Of a stretch of DNA of 64,000 nucleotides, positions 47,232-56,437 are shown one piece after another. The stretch spans positions 1,834 to 65,833 of IMG/VR virus record IMGVR_UViG_3300020207_000022. The stretch is one strand, 5' to 3'. The number at the start of each line of letters is the position of its first letter. Position 1 is the stretch's first letter. Origin of the DNA: a virus (taxonomy: Duplodnaviria > Caudoviricetes). The notes under the pieces were generated by a model. It did not search any database and was not told the origin of the DNA. It saw only the letters and a list, made by a program, of their open reading frames with translations. The translations under genes and the position numbers were made by a program.

Positions 47232-48293
47232 TTACTTACCTTTAGGTTGGTCTGCTGGGCGTTTGTTTCTATTCTTCATACGATCCATCTCACGTTTCTT
47301 CACAGTAGGTAACATACGTTTAGAAATCGCATTGATGCGACTAGGTGAAATTTTGTCCAGTCTTTTATCTATAGCTTGTCTTTGTCCAAAAGACATATTC
47401 TTATAATCTTGTCCTTTGGTTAATTTTTTCTTAAGAAGATTTCTTGCACCTTTTCTCGCAAGTTTTCTCAACTTCTCTAAAGGTTTGCGTTTTCTGGCGG
47501 CCTTTTCTCTACCGATTTTAATTTTATGTTTAATTCTACGGAACCTTTGTTTGGCGGCCATACGTTGTTGTCTTGTCAACGCACGTTCTTCTAACTCTTC
47601 TTTAAGGTTCTTCTGAACAAGTTTCATCATCGCCATCTTATCTTTGTCAGACAACTTAGATGCAGCGGCACTTTTGAAACCATATTGTTTCTTACCTTTT
47701 TCATCTGTATAGTCGTCAAACTGTCCCTTCTGTGCAATGCCTCTTAACTTGGTTCCAGACATTCCTTCGACACCTTCTGCATCAGGATCACGTTCGCCTG
47801 CAGAGACAACCTTGATAGAATCGAAGTTGTAGTCTTTACCATTATACTTGTTGAGGATTGTTTGGAATTCTTTTACACGATCAGATCCAACCACCATGAT
47901 GATCTCGTCGTATCCAGATTTTTCGAGTTCTGCTGCGATCTGGAAGACTTGTCTTGCATTTGACTGTATAACAACATCGCCGAACGCCTTCTTTGCGAAT
48001 CGGAACTTGTCTTTGTAGCTGAGGGGATCTTTTTTGTTGTTCTGCGTGTGGGATAGGTATATACGTGCGTCTGCGTTATTGGACTTAGCAACTGATTTCA
48101 CCTTGTTTACTAGTTTCTCATGACCTATTGTTACAGGGTTCATGCGACCAAAAGAGAACACAACTGTCTTACTCTTTGCCTCTTTCAATTGAGGTTCAAG
48201 TTCCACGTATTGAGATGGGTCAAACTCTTTAAACTTGACCATTTCTCTTTTCTTTTTATTTTTATCTTTTTCTACTTCTGTAAGACTAGCCAT
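47232..48293 (-). CDS. HIGH-superfamily nucleotidyltransferase (T4-like 'cytidyltransferase') with basic C-terminal module
   Basis: FGRMNPVTIGH, VGSDR, MSGTKLR. Confidence 0.85.
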   Translation of the reverse strand: MASLTEVEKDKNKKKREMVKFKEFDPSQYVELEPQLKEAKSKTVVFSFGRMNPVTIGHEKLVNKVKSVAKSNNADARIYLSHTQNNKKDPLSYKDKFRFAKKAFGDVVIQSNARQVFQIAAELEKSGYDEIIMVVGSDRVKEFQTILNKYNGKDYNFDSIKVVSAGERDPDAEGVEGMSGTKLRGIAQKGQFDDYTDEKGKKQYGFKSAAASKLSDKDKMAMMKLVQKNLKEELEERALTRQQRMAAKQRFRRIKHKIKIGREKAARKRKPLEKLRKLARKGARNLLKKKLTKGQDYKNMSFGQRQAIDKRLDKISPSRINAISKRMLPTVKKREMDRMKNRNKRPADQPKGK

Positions 48294-48323
48294 GGTAATG
48301 CTCTAATTTATAGGATTAATGGT

Positions 48324-49049
48324 TTATTTATAATTTTCAGCGAACGAAGGGATGAATTCATAGTTTCTATATGCAGACCCACTCCAAATAGTTGACTTAC
48401 GTAACCACCCTATCGCTGGCGTAGGGTCTGCAATACAAAGAGGAACCTTTGTTCGTCTCTGGTTCATGATAAAATATGCATTATCTACACACCCAAGACG
48501 ACCTACAGTTTCGATCTCTTCAATCAAAGTTCTTGCAGTGTTTTTAGTCATTGCGTATGCATGTGCACCCTCATGACCAAGAATGTCTACAAACCTTACA
48601 GGTGGTCCTGCAGTCACGTGATCATATCTCTCAGGTTCGGGTAGTTTGTACCCCAAGACAACAATTCTATTCTCTGGTATATCTATATCTATACTTTGCA
48701 ACATAAGCGCATCGTGTTCAAGAACAATACCAACATCTTCTTCACCCTCTGCGATCTTTTTCCAAATTGCAGCGTGACCAACTGTGCAACATTCCGCTTT
48801 CTCACCCGCATGTAGATTCTCGTTGGGTTCAAACGGATAGTCTGCAGGCGGTAGTTGAATTGGTTTGCCTTCATTAATAGTTAGATTAATACCAGACTTT
48901 GCCCACGCAAGAACGCCAGGGATGTCGCACCAACCATCAAAGGTTTCCCACTTCAAACCAATTGCATCACAAGATGCCATTGCGTCTCGTGCATATTGTT
49001 CTGAGATTTCTTTATTGATTCTGAGTATGTAAGCTAGTTGTGTCTGCAT
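48324..49049 (-). CDS. GT25-like glycosyltransferase
   Basis: C..GH..IW, VLEHDA, GAHAY. Confidence 0.7.
   Translation of the reverse strand: MQTQLAYILRINKEISEQYARDAMASCDAIGLKWETFDGWCDIPGVLAWAKSGINLTINEGKPIQLPPADYPFEPNENLHAGEKAECCTVGHAAIWKKIAEGEEDVGIVLEHDALMLQSIDIDIPENRIVVLGYKLPEPERYDHVTAGPPVRFVDILGHEGAHAYAMTKNTARTLIEEIETVGRLGCVDNAYFIMNQRRTKVPLCIADPTPAIGWLRKSTIWSGSAYRNYEFIPSFAENYK
48325..48332 (-). promoter_or_regulatory. T4-type late promoter TATAAATA
   Basis: exact consensus 32 nt upstream of the nucleotidyltransferase start. Confidence 0.7.
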
Positions 49050-49761
49050 AATGTTTCTTCTTTATTGTCGTATAGAGGTTTAAATCTTTTTCAAAATAAT
49101 CTTTTATTGGTCCCAATGCTTCATAATCAAAGTGAATTTCTTTAGATGCATCTATTCTATCCACTCTATATTGATTTTTATGATTTTGCAGTTTATGTTT
49201 TATTGATAGATCATTGTCCTCTATAAAGGACTGTATATGATCCAAAAGGTTTTCATATAACCAATATTCACCACGAATCTTTCCATCATAAAGAAGGAAA
49301 TCAGACTGCAACAATTTAGAATTGTCTTCTCCTGTTGCTTTATCTGCATCGAACCATCCACGTGGAGCCATGTATTTGTACTCTGCCAAACTGTATGGTT
49401 TACTTTTCAGATCCTTATCCCAACGTTTAAAGAAGTAATAAAAACTCTTTTGTCTTTCGATAGGATCTCTAAGAACCGCTACGGAACGATATGTTCTGGC
49501 TTGTTCATCAGTGATAATGTCATACTCGACAAGTTGTTTTAAATTTAAATGGAGATGTTTGAAGGGGTGGTAGTTTTCGTGAGTTCCTCTAATCTCTGTG
49601 AGTTTTTCTTCAGAGAGAGTACCATCAATTTTAGCATCTTCCACTTCTGTGTATATTGCATCGGGATCATCTATATTACGAATAAAGAATTCCGATAGAC
49701 TGGTACTAGCAGTCTTCGGAACTCTGAGAAATATGAATTTATATTTTGGAGATATGTACAT
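49012..49761 (-). CDS. sulfotransferase family 2
   Basis: PAPS 5'-PSB motif PKTASTS, 3'-PB motif RDPIER..SFY, YENL, F..D. Confidence 0.85.
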   Translation of the reverse strand: MYISPKYKFIFLRVPKTASTSLSEFFIRNIDDPDAIYTEVEDAKIDGTLSEEKLTEIRGTHENYHPFKHLHLNLKQLVEYDIITDEQARTYRSVAVLRDPIERQKSFYYFFKRWDKDLKSKPYSLAEYKYMAPRGWFDADKATGEDNSKLLQSDFLLYDGKIRGEYWLYENLLDHIQSFIEDNDLSIKHKLQNHKNQYRVDRIDASKEIHFDYEALGPIKDYFEKDLNLYTTIKKKHYADTTSLHTQNQ

Positions 49762-49764
49762 CGA

Positions 49765-50415
49765 TCAAGTTGCAGTTGAGTACTGCTGTGTCCAAGGCAT
49801 CCCTGTTGACCCCCAATGATGTTCTGCATAGACCTTATCGTCGCCATCATAACGTTTAGATTCACGCACATAGAACTGAGGAATGAAATAATGTGAAGGG
49901 AAAATCTTCAAATGATACATGTTGTCCTGCACCAAACGACTTAGGAACTCGTTACCTGTCGATCTGAAAGGTTCTGGTGCGAGTTGATCTGCACGAAGTT
50001 GGTGTAGAGTTTCAACCAACATACGAACAAACATATTGCCTGGGTTACACGCAAGAATTGGTTGAACAAAATTTGCACGATACAATTCGTTCTCATAACA
50101 AGTATACGCTTTGTGCGGTTCAGAGATCCACAACTCATCGGTGTTTTCTAGACACTCCATATCAGCTTCTGGGAAAAACCCACCACGTTCAAGTAAGAGT
50201 TCGTATCGAATGAGATCAGAAACCCCACAATACTTCTTTGTATTATAATAGTGTTCAATGAGATGTTGATTCATCCACTTGCGTTGGTGCAACATTTCAT
50301 CTGTGAAAATCTCATACTCCCACTCTGGGTGTTTTTCTTTCCACGTATTCATCCATTTCATAGGCGCAGGATTGGGCCCAATCCAAATCTGTGTGATTTT
50401 CTTTTCGATATTCAT
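49765..50415 (-). CDS. GT32/OCH1-like glycosyltransferase
   Basis: I.K.I.QIW.G, SD..RY..L...GG...EAD, STG, HHW. Confidence 0.85.
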   Translation of the reverse strand: MNIEKKITQIWIGPNPAPMKWMNTWKEKHPEWEYEIFTDEMLHQRKWMNQHLIEHYYNTKKYCGVSDLIRYELLLERGGFFPEADMECLENTDELWISEPHKAYTCYENELYRANFVQPILACNPGNMFVRMLVETLHQLRADQLAPEPFRSTGNEFLSRLVQDNMYHLKIFPSHYFIPQFYVRESKRYDGDDKVYAEHHWGSTGMPWTQQYSTAT

Positions 50416-51110
50416 AACAGTTGCTCTCTTCTTAATAGTACCATATCTTTTGCGGGGTATCGACTACCCTCTGGTGTATCATCTATAGTATATAGAACTT
50501 CTTTTGGAAAGTTAAATGGTTCTTCGAATATATCTATCAATCTAAATTCACCACAATTCACATATATGTTTGAAGCACTTCTATGTAATATATTTTTATT
50601 CGTTGTCAAACAAATATAAGGTATTTCAGACCTCAAATAGTTTTCAATTATCTTCAAACATATATCATTGTGCAAGTGAAAGAATAGATCTCTACAGAAA
50701 AATAAATCTGCGTAAGGTAATTCGTCTTCTACAACATCCAACTCTAAAAATTTGTATTCTGGATATTTATCTTTATTGTCTTGTATCATTTCAGAAACAA
50801 TGTCGCCACCTGTATATTCAATTGGACATTCTTTCAGAACTTCTATCATCCAGTTCATATCTCCACATGGTGCATCCAACATACTGTTGATACCAAATTG
50901 ACTAAACATCAATGGCAGTTTTTCACGTAAGTTCTTTGTATACCCAAGTTCCGACCCTGGCCCACTACGTGATTCTTGATTGCGTCCTTCCATGCGCCAT
51001 GCAAAGTTTCTATAGACCCCATCAAATATCCAAGTACGATAATCTCGTGTGTTTTTTACTTCATCCGAAGCATGTTTTGGATACTTATGAGGATCTATTT
51101 CCTTTGTCAT
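50412..51110 (-). CDS. class I SAM methyltransferase
   Basis: SGPGS, LDAPCGD.NW, GxDIV, RD.FFHL. Confidence 0.8.
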   Translation of the reverse strand: MTKEIDPHKYPKHASDEVKNTRDYRTWIFDGVYRNFAWRMEGRNQESRSGPGSELGYTKNLREKLPLMFSQFGINSMLDAPCGDMNWMIEVLKECPIEYTGGDIVSEMIQDNKDKYPEYKFLELDVVEDELPYADLFFCRDLFFHLHNDICLKIIENYLRSEIPYICLTTNKNILHRSASNIYVNCGEFRLIDIFEEPFNFPKEVLYTIDDTPEGSRYPAKDMVLLRREQLL

Positions 51111-51673
51111 TTACTTTCTACCCACCAAACAAAGTCGTCTTCGACATTCCATGAGTTCTCACCATAATATTCTGTAACCGCTTGTTGAACGGTTGGAAAG
51201 TGTATATCGTGTCCCATCACGTATCCACCTTTACGAACTTTTGGAGCCCATGCTTTGATGTCACGCAAACAACCTTCGTATCCATGATCTGCGTCGATGA
51301 ATACAAAGTCGAGACTTCCATCTTCTACAGTCTCTGCGACTTCAGTTGTATATCCTTTGATGATTTGCGCACGATCAGGGTATTGCGCACAGAATTGCAA
51401 CATACGTTTGTAGTATGTTTCGTGGTCCCAAGGGTGACCATTCTCCCCTGCAGTCCATTTCTCTGGACCATTATTCTCTGGTTGGGGCGCATAAAGATCC
51501 ACCCCAATGATGTGAAGATTTTTACATGTGCGTACTAAGTGCGTAAAGGTTTGTCCCATCCATACGCCAAGTTCCGCACCTTTGGTCCAACCGTTTTGTC
51601 GGACCAATTTTTCGATTGTTAACCAACGCCAAGTGTTACCACCATCGTGTCCACGGTCACGTATCATTCCCAT
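51107..51673 (-). CDS. Methyltransf_24-type SAM methyltransferase
   Basis: GAELGVWxG, DFVFIDADH.Y, GG...GHD. Confidence 0.85.
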   Translation of the reverse strand: MGMIRDRGHDGGNTWRWLTIEKLVRQNGWTKGAELGVWMGQTFTHLVRTCKNLHIIGVDLYAPQPENNGPEKWTAGENGHPWDHETYYKRMLQFCAQYPDRAQIIKGYTTEVAETVEDGSLDFVFIDADHGYEGCLRDIKAWAPKVRKGGYVMGHDIHFPTVQQAVTEYYGENSWNVEDDFVWWVESK

Positions 51674-51706
51674 AACAAATTCTCCGTTATTAATCTTGTA
51701 TTTTAT

Positions 51707-52042
51707 TTATCTAATTGGTGTGAAATCTCTTCCAGCTATCACCATGCAACCCATTCCTGTAGATGGATCCATTATGATCAAACTATAACTTAGAGATTCT
51801 GGATTGATGGTTTGAATTACATCTCCATTTATCCATTGACCATTTTGTGCAAGTTGTAGTATACCCTTTGCAGTTGCAAATGGTATTTCACCGTATTTCG
51901 ATTGCACCAGACCTAGTATATTTTGTACATCCATGTCACACGCAAGTGCAACAGGCATTAGGACAGGTTGTTTTTCCGCTTGTGCGCTATTCGTTACTGC
52001 GAGGATAGACCCCAACAATAACGCTGCAAGTCTTCCCAACAT
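51707..52042 (-). CDS. secreted protein
   Basis: signal peptide ending AQA, two Cys. Confidence 0.7.
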   Translation of the reverse strand: MLGRLAALLLGSILAVTNSAQAEKQPVLMPVALACDMDVQNILGLVQSKYGEIPFATAKGILQLAQNGQWINGDVIQTINPESLSYSLIIMDPSTGMGCMVIAGRDFTPIR

Positions 52043-52063
52043 TCTTGTTCTCCGATTTTACAA

Positions 52064-52321
52064 TCATATAAAATTCATCCTTATGGTTAAAGAATCAAAC
52101 TCCTTTTCATTAACAATGCATCCGCCCCTAAAGATCATTCCATCCATAGAAGCAAATTCGAAATTTCCTGTTCTACTGTCTGCAGCTTCGTGTTCTGCAA
52201 TTTTATTTACAAAGTCTACACATTCTTGTCGACTTTCGAAAACCTTTTCGCTAACCTGTGGTCCCATTATGACAGTTGGATCATGTAACATCCACGTCCA
52301 GAAGACCAACCAAGCGTTCAT
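52064..52321 (-). CDS. hypothetical protein
   Basis: F.S..EC...C pattern. Confidence 0.6.
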   Translation of the reverse strand: MNAWLVFWTWMLHDPTVIMGPQVSEKVFESRQECVDFVNKIAEHEAADSRTGNFEFASMDGMIFRGGCIVNEKEFDSLTIRMNFI

Positions 52322-52695
52322 TATGAATACCCTGACACCTTGGTTAGTTTCAATAACACATGTCCTGGCCCGTCAAGCAACACTTGAATATTACGTTCTG
52401 AGTAAACATCATCTACAAATCCATTAAAATCATATGAACCTGCAGCAGTGAAATAATAATGCCCATGAACATCAGATCCGCCACGTTCTTTACGTGAAAC
52501 GTCGATTTGCTTATCTTTCTTTGCACCCCAAAATATTTCTGTGATAGTTACACTCGCAGTGTTCGCATCGAATGTTTCACCGTCCCCAACAAGGTTTGCG
52601 ATATCTAATTCGATTGTCTCTCCTGCAGACTCCGTTGTATAAATCTTTACGACTGCTTCGTTATGAGATCTTTTGAGATAGTGAATGTTCGCCAT
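52321..52695 (-). CDS. beta-rich hypothetical (possibly virion) protein
   Basis: coupled to both neighbours. Confidence 0.65.
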   Translation of the reverse strand: MANIHYLKRSHNEAVVKIYTTESAGETIELDIANLVGDGETFDANTASVTITEIFWGAKKDKQIDVSRKERGGSDVHGHYYFTAAGSYDFNGFVDDVYSERNIQVLLDGPGHVLLKLTKVSGYS

Positions 52696-53928
52696 TTATC
52701 GTTGCCACCCTTTGATATATTCCGAACTAAAGTTCGCTTTTGAGAACTGTAGTCTGTCTACCAATTTCAAAGAGTTTTTACCCAACCGATCCATCGCAAC
52801 GAATCCTTCAGGGTTTGTCACTTCGTAACCCGACTGAGTTTTGAGGAACGTTTTTAGACTGTCTACTTTATTAAGTTTGTCGATGATCATCATTTTCACA
52901 TCGACGAGAAGATTGTAAAGTTCAAACACTTTTTCAATCTCTTTAGTGTTCTTGTCACTGAACATTGTCAGTGCTTTTTCCATCTTGTCTGTCTGTGTTT
53001 TCTTACCACGATCAGTTTTCTTCTTGTCTGCTTCTTTCTGATAGTAGTCTTGAATGTACTTGACAAGACCCTTTACAAACGACTTAGGATTACCGATACG
53101 TTGTCCTTCACGGACTTTAGAGTTGATGAACGTGTTCACACGAAGGTTAAGTTCTTCATTGTTACCCAACTCATTTAGAATATCTTTCTTGACTGTTCTG
53201 AAGATCTTACCAGCCTCAGACAGTTTTTTAGTTACTGCTGCGGTTTCTTTCGCAGTCATCGTAACACTACCAGACTTGTCTTCGAACACCGCATCAACTG
53301 ACCAAACAGAACTTACTTCTTTGAGATTAGATGCAATCTTCTCTCCAAAACTTGCTGACATTCCTTCAAGCGTTGATCCTCTGTATACTGTATGCCAGAC
53401 CACACCGATCTTGGATCTTCGTATTTTCTTAGCGAGCCCACTCTTCGTTGGTATCGCATAAACAATCGTATTAGGATGGAAAGTAATATACGATTCTCCA
53501 TCAATAGTATCCGTTTTGAGATCATCTTTAGTATAGAGGAAATCACCTTGAATAACTCCTTCAATTCCGAGTTTCGAGAACTCGCTAAGCGCAACCTTGA
53601 ACTTGTTGTTCAGATCACCACTTATATCATTATCAATTTCTTCTGGTGTCTTATAGATTTTTGGATTCTTATTGAAAACACCTTTCTTCGCAATGAAGAA
53701 TTTTCCGTCACTTGGATCTACTCCTGCGAAAATTGCAGGTGCACCGTCCCACTTGACACTTAGGTTGACGGGCGCTTTTGCATTGCCGCCCAACATGTCA
53801 CGGATTGCACGAAAGTAGTTGATGACGTTACGTGTACCGTTAACACCCCCATCGATCACCGCATCTTCTGCGTGTGTCATGTGAAGGTTCTTTTCTTCTT
53901 TTAGTATGAACTGTTTAAAACGTTCCAT
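52696..53928 (-). CDS. DUF6267-like protein with polynucleotide-ligase-type motifs
   Basis: N-terminus MERFKQFILKEE; KWDG (motif I), QGD, EGFV (IV), KLV (V). Confidence 0.7.
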   Translation of the reverse strand: MERFKQFILKEEKNLHMTHAEDAVIDGGVNGTRNVINYFRAIRDMLGGNAKAPVNLSVKWDGAPAIFAGVDPSDGKFFIAKKGVFNKNPKIYKTPEEIDNDISGDLNNKFKVALSEFSKLGIEGVIQGDFLYTKDDLKTDTIDGESYITFHPNTIVYAIPTKSGLAKKIRRSKIGVVWHTVYRGSTLEGMSASFGEKIASNLKEVSSVWSVDAVFEDKSGSVTMTAKETAAVTKKLSEAGKIFRTVKKDILNELGNNEELNLRVNTFINSKVREGQRIGNPKSFVKGLVKYIQDYYQKEADKKKTDRGKKTQTDKMEKALTMFSDKNTKEIEKVFELYNLLVDVKMMIIDKLNKVDSLKTFLKTQSGYEVTNPEGFVAMDRLGKNSLKLVDRLQFSKANFSSEYIKGWQR

Positions 53929-54989
53929 TAGAATTTGATGTCCTTGTTGACTTTAATGTCTGGTTGAAGTCCAAAAAACTTCAATACATTCGACATCTTT
54001 CCACGAACATACTGAGTAGCTTTACTAATGTATCCACCAATTTTACCTTTGACTTTCTGCAACATACGTCTGAATGCATTTTCGTCTAGTTGTTCATTTT
54101 CTTCTTTGAGATTGGCATCCACGATAAGAGAAATCACAGACCAGAAGTTATACTCGCCTGTTTTCTTACCGCCTAGTTTACGTGAGGATGTTTTGAAACG
54201 TGCTTGTAGTTTCATCTGATCCGCAATCTGTTTGCAGTACGCATCGTCGTATACGGATTTAATTTTTGTTGCAGATCCACTATGATCTGATACAACCATA
54301 AACTCTGCAGCAGAATTACTACCTTCACCATATTTCATAAAACCAGACATTGCCTCACGTGCAAATTCAATTTTGAATTGTTCGTTTGTTTGAAATAGTA
54401 CACCCAGTTCATTCATAATAGTCTTGTGTGCAGCCTCACCTTGATTGACAAGAGGATTTTCACGAGACTTAATAAGAGGACGCAATTGTGATGGAGCAAG
54501 AGATGTAGTTACAAAATCCTCAAAAATCCCCACAACCTTTTTCAATTGTGGAGATTCTTCGATTTTAGATTTTTCCATCGCTGCGTGGAATGTTGCGACT
54601 GACTCTGCTTTACCGCCAGACATCAATTGTGCCATTCCGATTTTCAATGATAGACGTTTATCACCAATCAGAATGTCACACTTAGGTGTGGTGTCTGTCG
54701 CACCATAACTTTTCCAGAAACCAGTCAGTTTAGATTTTGCACGGCCGTATTGTTCTGCCTTGACATTATTACCCAACTTAAAATGGTCTTTAATGTCTTG
54801 TGCAATGCGTTTACCCGCTTCGATATATTCGGGGTTCTGTAGAAGTAGAGTATGCACCTTGTCACTAATACCTGCAGATGACGCATCGAAGGGTTGATTA
54901 GTAATTGCATACCAACCCATAACGATTGCAGCCTCGAAATCTTCTGCTTTGATTTTAGATTCCGTGATGTAAGATTTGTAAGATTTCAT
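53928..54989 (-). CDS. PD-(D/E)XK nuclease-like protein with capsid-targeting-type N-terminus
   Basis: start MKSYKSYITE; TPKCD....RLSLK; ATAAATA at 55022-55028. Confidence 0.5.
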   Translation of the reverse strand: MKSYKSYITESKIKAEDFEAAIVMGWYAITNQPFDASSAGISDKVHTLLLQNPEYIEAGKRIAQDIKDHFKLGNNVKAEQYGRAKSKLTGFWKSYGATDTTPKCDILIGDKRLSLKIGMAQLMSGGKAESVATFHAAMEKSKIEESPQLKKVVGIFEDFVTTSLAPSQLRPLIKSRENPLVNQGEAAHKTIMNELGVLFQTNEQFKIEFAREAMSGFMKYGEGSNSAAEFMVVSDHSGSATKIKSVYDDAYCKQIADQMKLQARFKTSSRKLGGKKTGEYNFWSVISLIVDANLKEENEQLDENAFRRMLQKVKGKIGGYISKATQYVRGKMSNVLKFFGLQPDIKVNKDIKF

Positions 54990-55027
54990 GTTCGAACTCA
55001 AATTATTTTGTGCTTTCGAACTATTTA

Positions 55028-56437
55028 TCATTGTAGACCACTTACATCGTCAAAGATATTCTTCTTTGGTTTCTTAAGAGCAGGTAGGTCATTAGGTAAT
55101 GCAGGTTTAGTAACCTGTGACTGATTATCCATTGTCTGACCAATGTTGTCTTGCGCAGAATCTTCTAGATCATAGATCTTCATCTTTGATCTGTCAATAC
55201 CCACAAGGAACCGACGATAGTAACCAGTGTCACCCCAACGGTTCTTTAGTTGTTTCAACATTAATTGACCCAGTTGGTCAAGTTCTTCTGTAGTCACAAG
55301 TCCTAGAATGCAGTCGGCAGTGTGTGTAATTCCCATACTCTCTGAAGTATTAGTAAGGTCAACGTCACTATTCCCATAGCCGTCACGATTGAACTGAGAC
55401 GAAGTAACCACAGCACAATTAAATTCCATTGCAAGTCCACGTACCTCTTCTGCTATTGATTTAACTAATGTATAACTGTTTGCAGCTGCCGCACCACGCA
55501 CACGTGATGACGAACAGATGTTTAGATAATCTACGAAGATCAGATCAGGCACAAACCCTTTCTTCATTCGTAGTTCGTTCAAGAGATGTCGGAAGTGTCC
55601 CACATGCGCAGACCCAGTTGGATATTCTTTGATAACCAACTTACCTGTTGTCTTTGACTTGTAACGGTTCATACGTTTATCAAACACGTCACGTGGCGTG
55701 ATAGAAACATCATCCAATGTCACATCCATAATGTTCGCATCGATACGACGACCAATCTCTTCTTCTGCCATCTCCATTGTAATGTACAGAACATTCTTAC
55801 CATACATGAGTGCGTTTGCAGCCATGTGACACTTGATAAGAGATTTACCACCACCAGTAGTGGCGAGTAAGACTGTCATAGACTTACGAGGCAGACCACC
55901 TTTGGTGATTTTGTTTAGGATGTCGATATCAAATGGGAGTCGTTCTTCTTTACGATGATAAAACTCATAACGTGAGTCGTACTCTTCTAAGAAGTCGTGA
56001 CCAACTGAAGTATCGAAACTGATACCAAGTGAGTCAGAGAGAAGTTTGGGGATGGACCCTTTGTCGAGTCCGTCCCCACTGCCTTCAAGTATATTAATTG
56101 ACTTACGAATAGAATTGTATAGATCACGGTCTTGACAGAACTTCTCTGTCTCGTCAATTAAGAATTGGAGATCTGTTGAGTTGTCACGAGAGATACCAGA
56201 TAATTCGGATTGTGCATCCTTGTACTGGTCTTCGTTCAAATCTTTTCGTTTATCAATAGAGAGTTTAAGAGCCTCCACAGAGGGAGGCTCCTTGTATTGT
56301 TCGACATACGATACAAAAGTGTTGAATACCTTTCGTAGTGTAATGTCTTCAAAGTAATCTTCCTTCAGATAAGGATATACCTTTCGGTAGTATTCCTCAT
56401 TCAGAAGTAGATTCGATAAGATCGTCTGTTCTATCAT
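55028..56437 (-). CDS. replicative helicase gp41
   Basis: ATTGGGKS Walker A, LYITMEM, KEYPTG, VDYLNI, SQFNR, LKNRWG. Confidence 0.95.
   Translation of the reverse strand: MIEQTILSNLLLNEEYYRKVYPYLKEDYFEDITLRKVFNTFVSYVEQYKEPPSVEALKLSIDKRKDLNEDQYKDAQSELSGISRDNSTDLQFLIDETEKFCQDRDLYNSIRKSINILEGSGDGLDKGSIPKLLSDSLGISFDTSVGHDFLEEYDSRYEFYHRKEERLPFDIDILNKITKGGLPRKSMTVLLATTGGGKSLIKCHMAANALMYGKNVLYITMEMAEEEIGRRIDANIMDVTLDDVSITPRDVFDKRMNRYKSKTTGKLVIKEYPTGSAHVGHFRHLLNELRMKKGFVPDLIFVDYLNICSSSRVRGAAAANSYTLVKSIAEEVRGLAMEFNCAVVTSSQFNRDGYGNSDVDLTNTSESMGITHTADCILGLVTTEELDQLGQLMLKQLKNRWGDTGYYRRFLVGIDRSKMKIYDLEDSAQDNIGQTMDNQSQVTKPALPNDLPALKKPKKNIFDDVSGLQ

Noticed and set aside
54990-55022. Two TTCGAA palindromes resembling tRNA T-loops or an alphaproteobacterial LexA box
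   Set aside because: No cloverleaf, and the spacing does not fit GTTC-N7-GTTC; at most a weak leader hairpin
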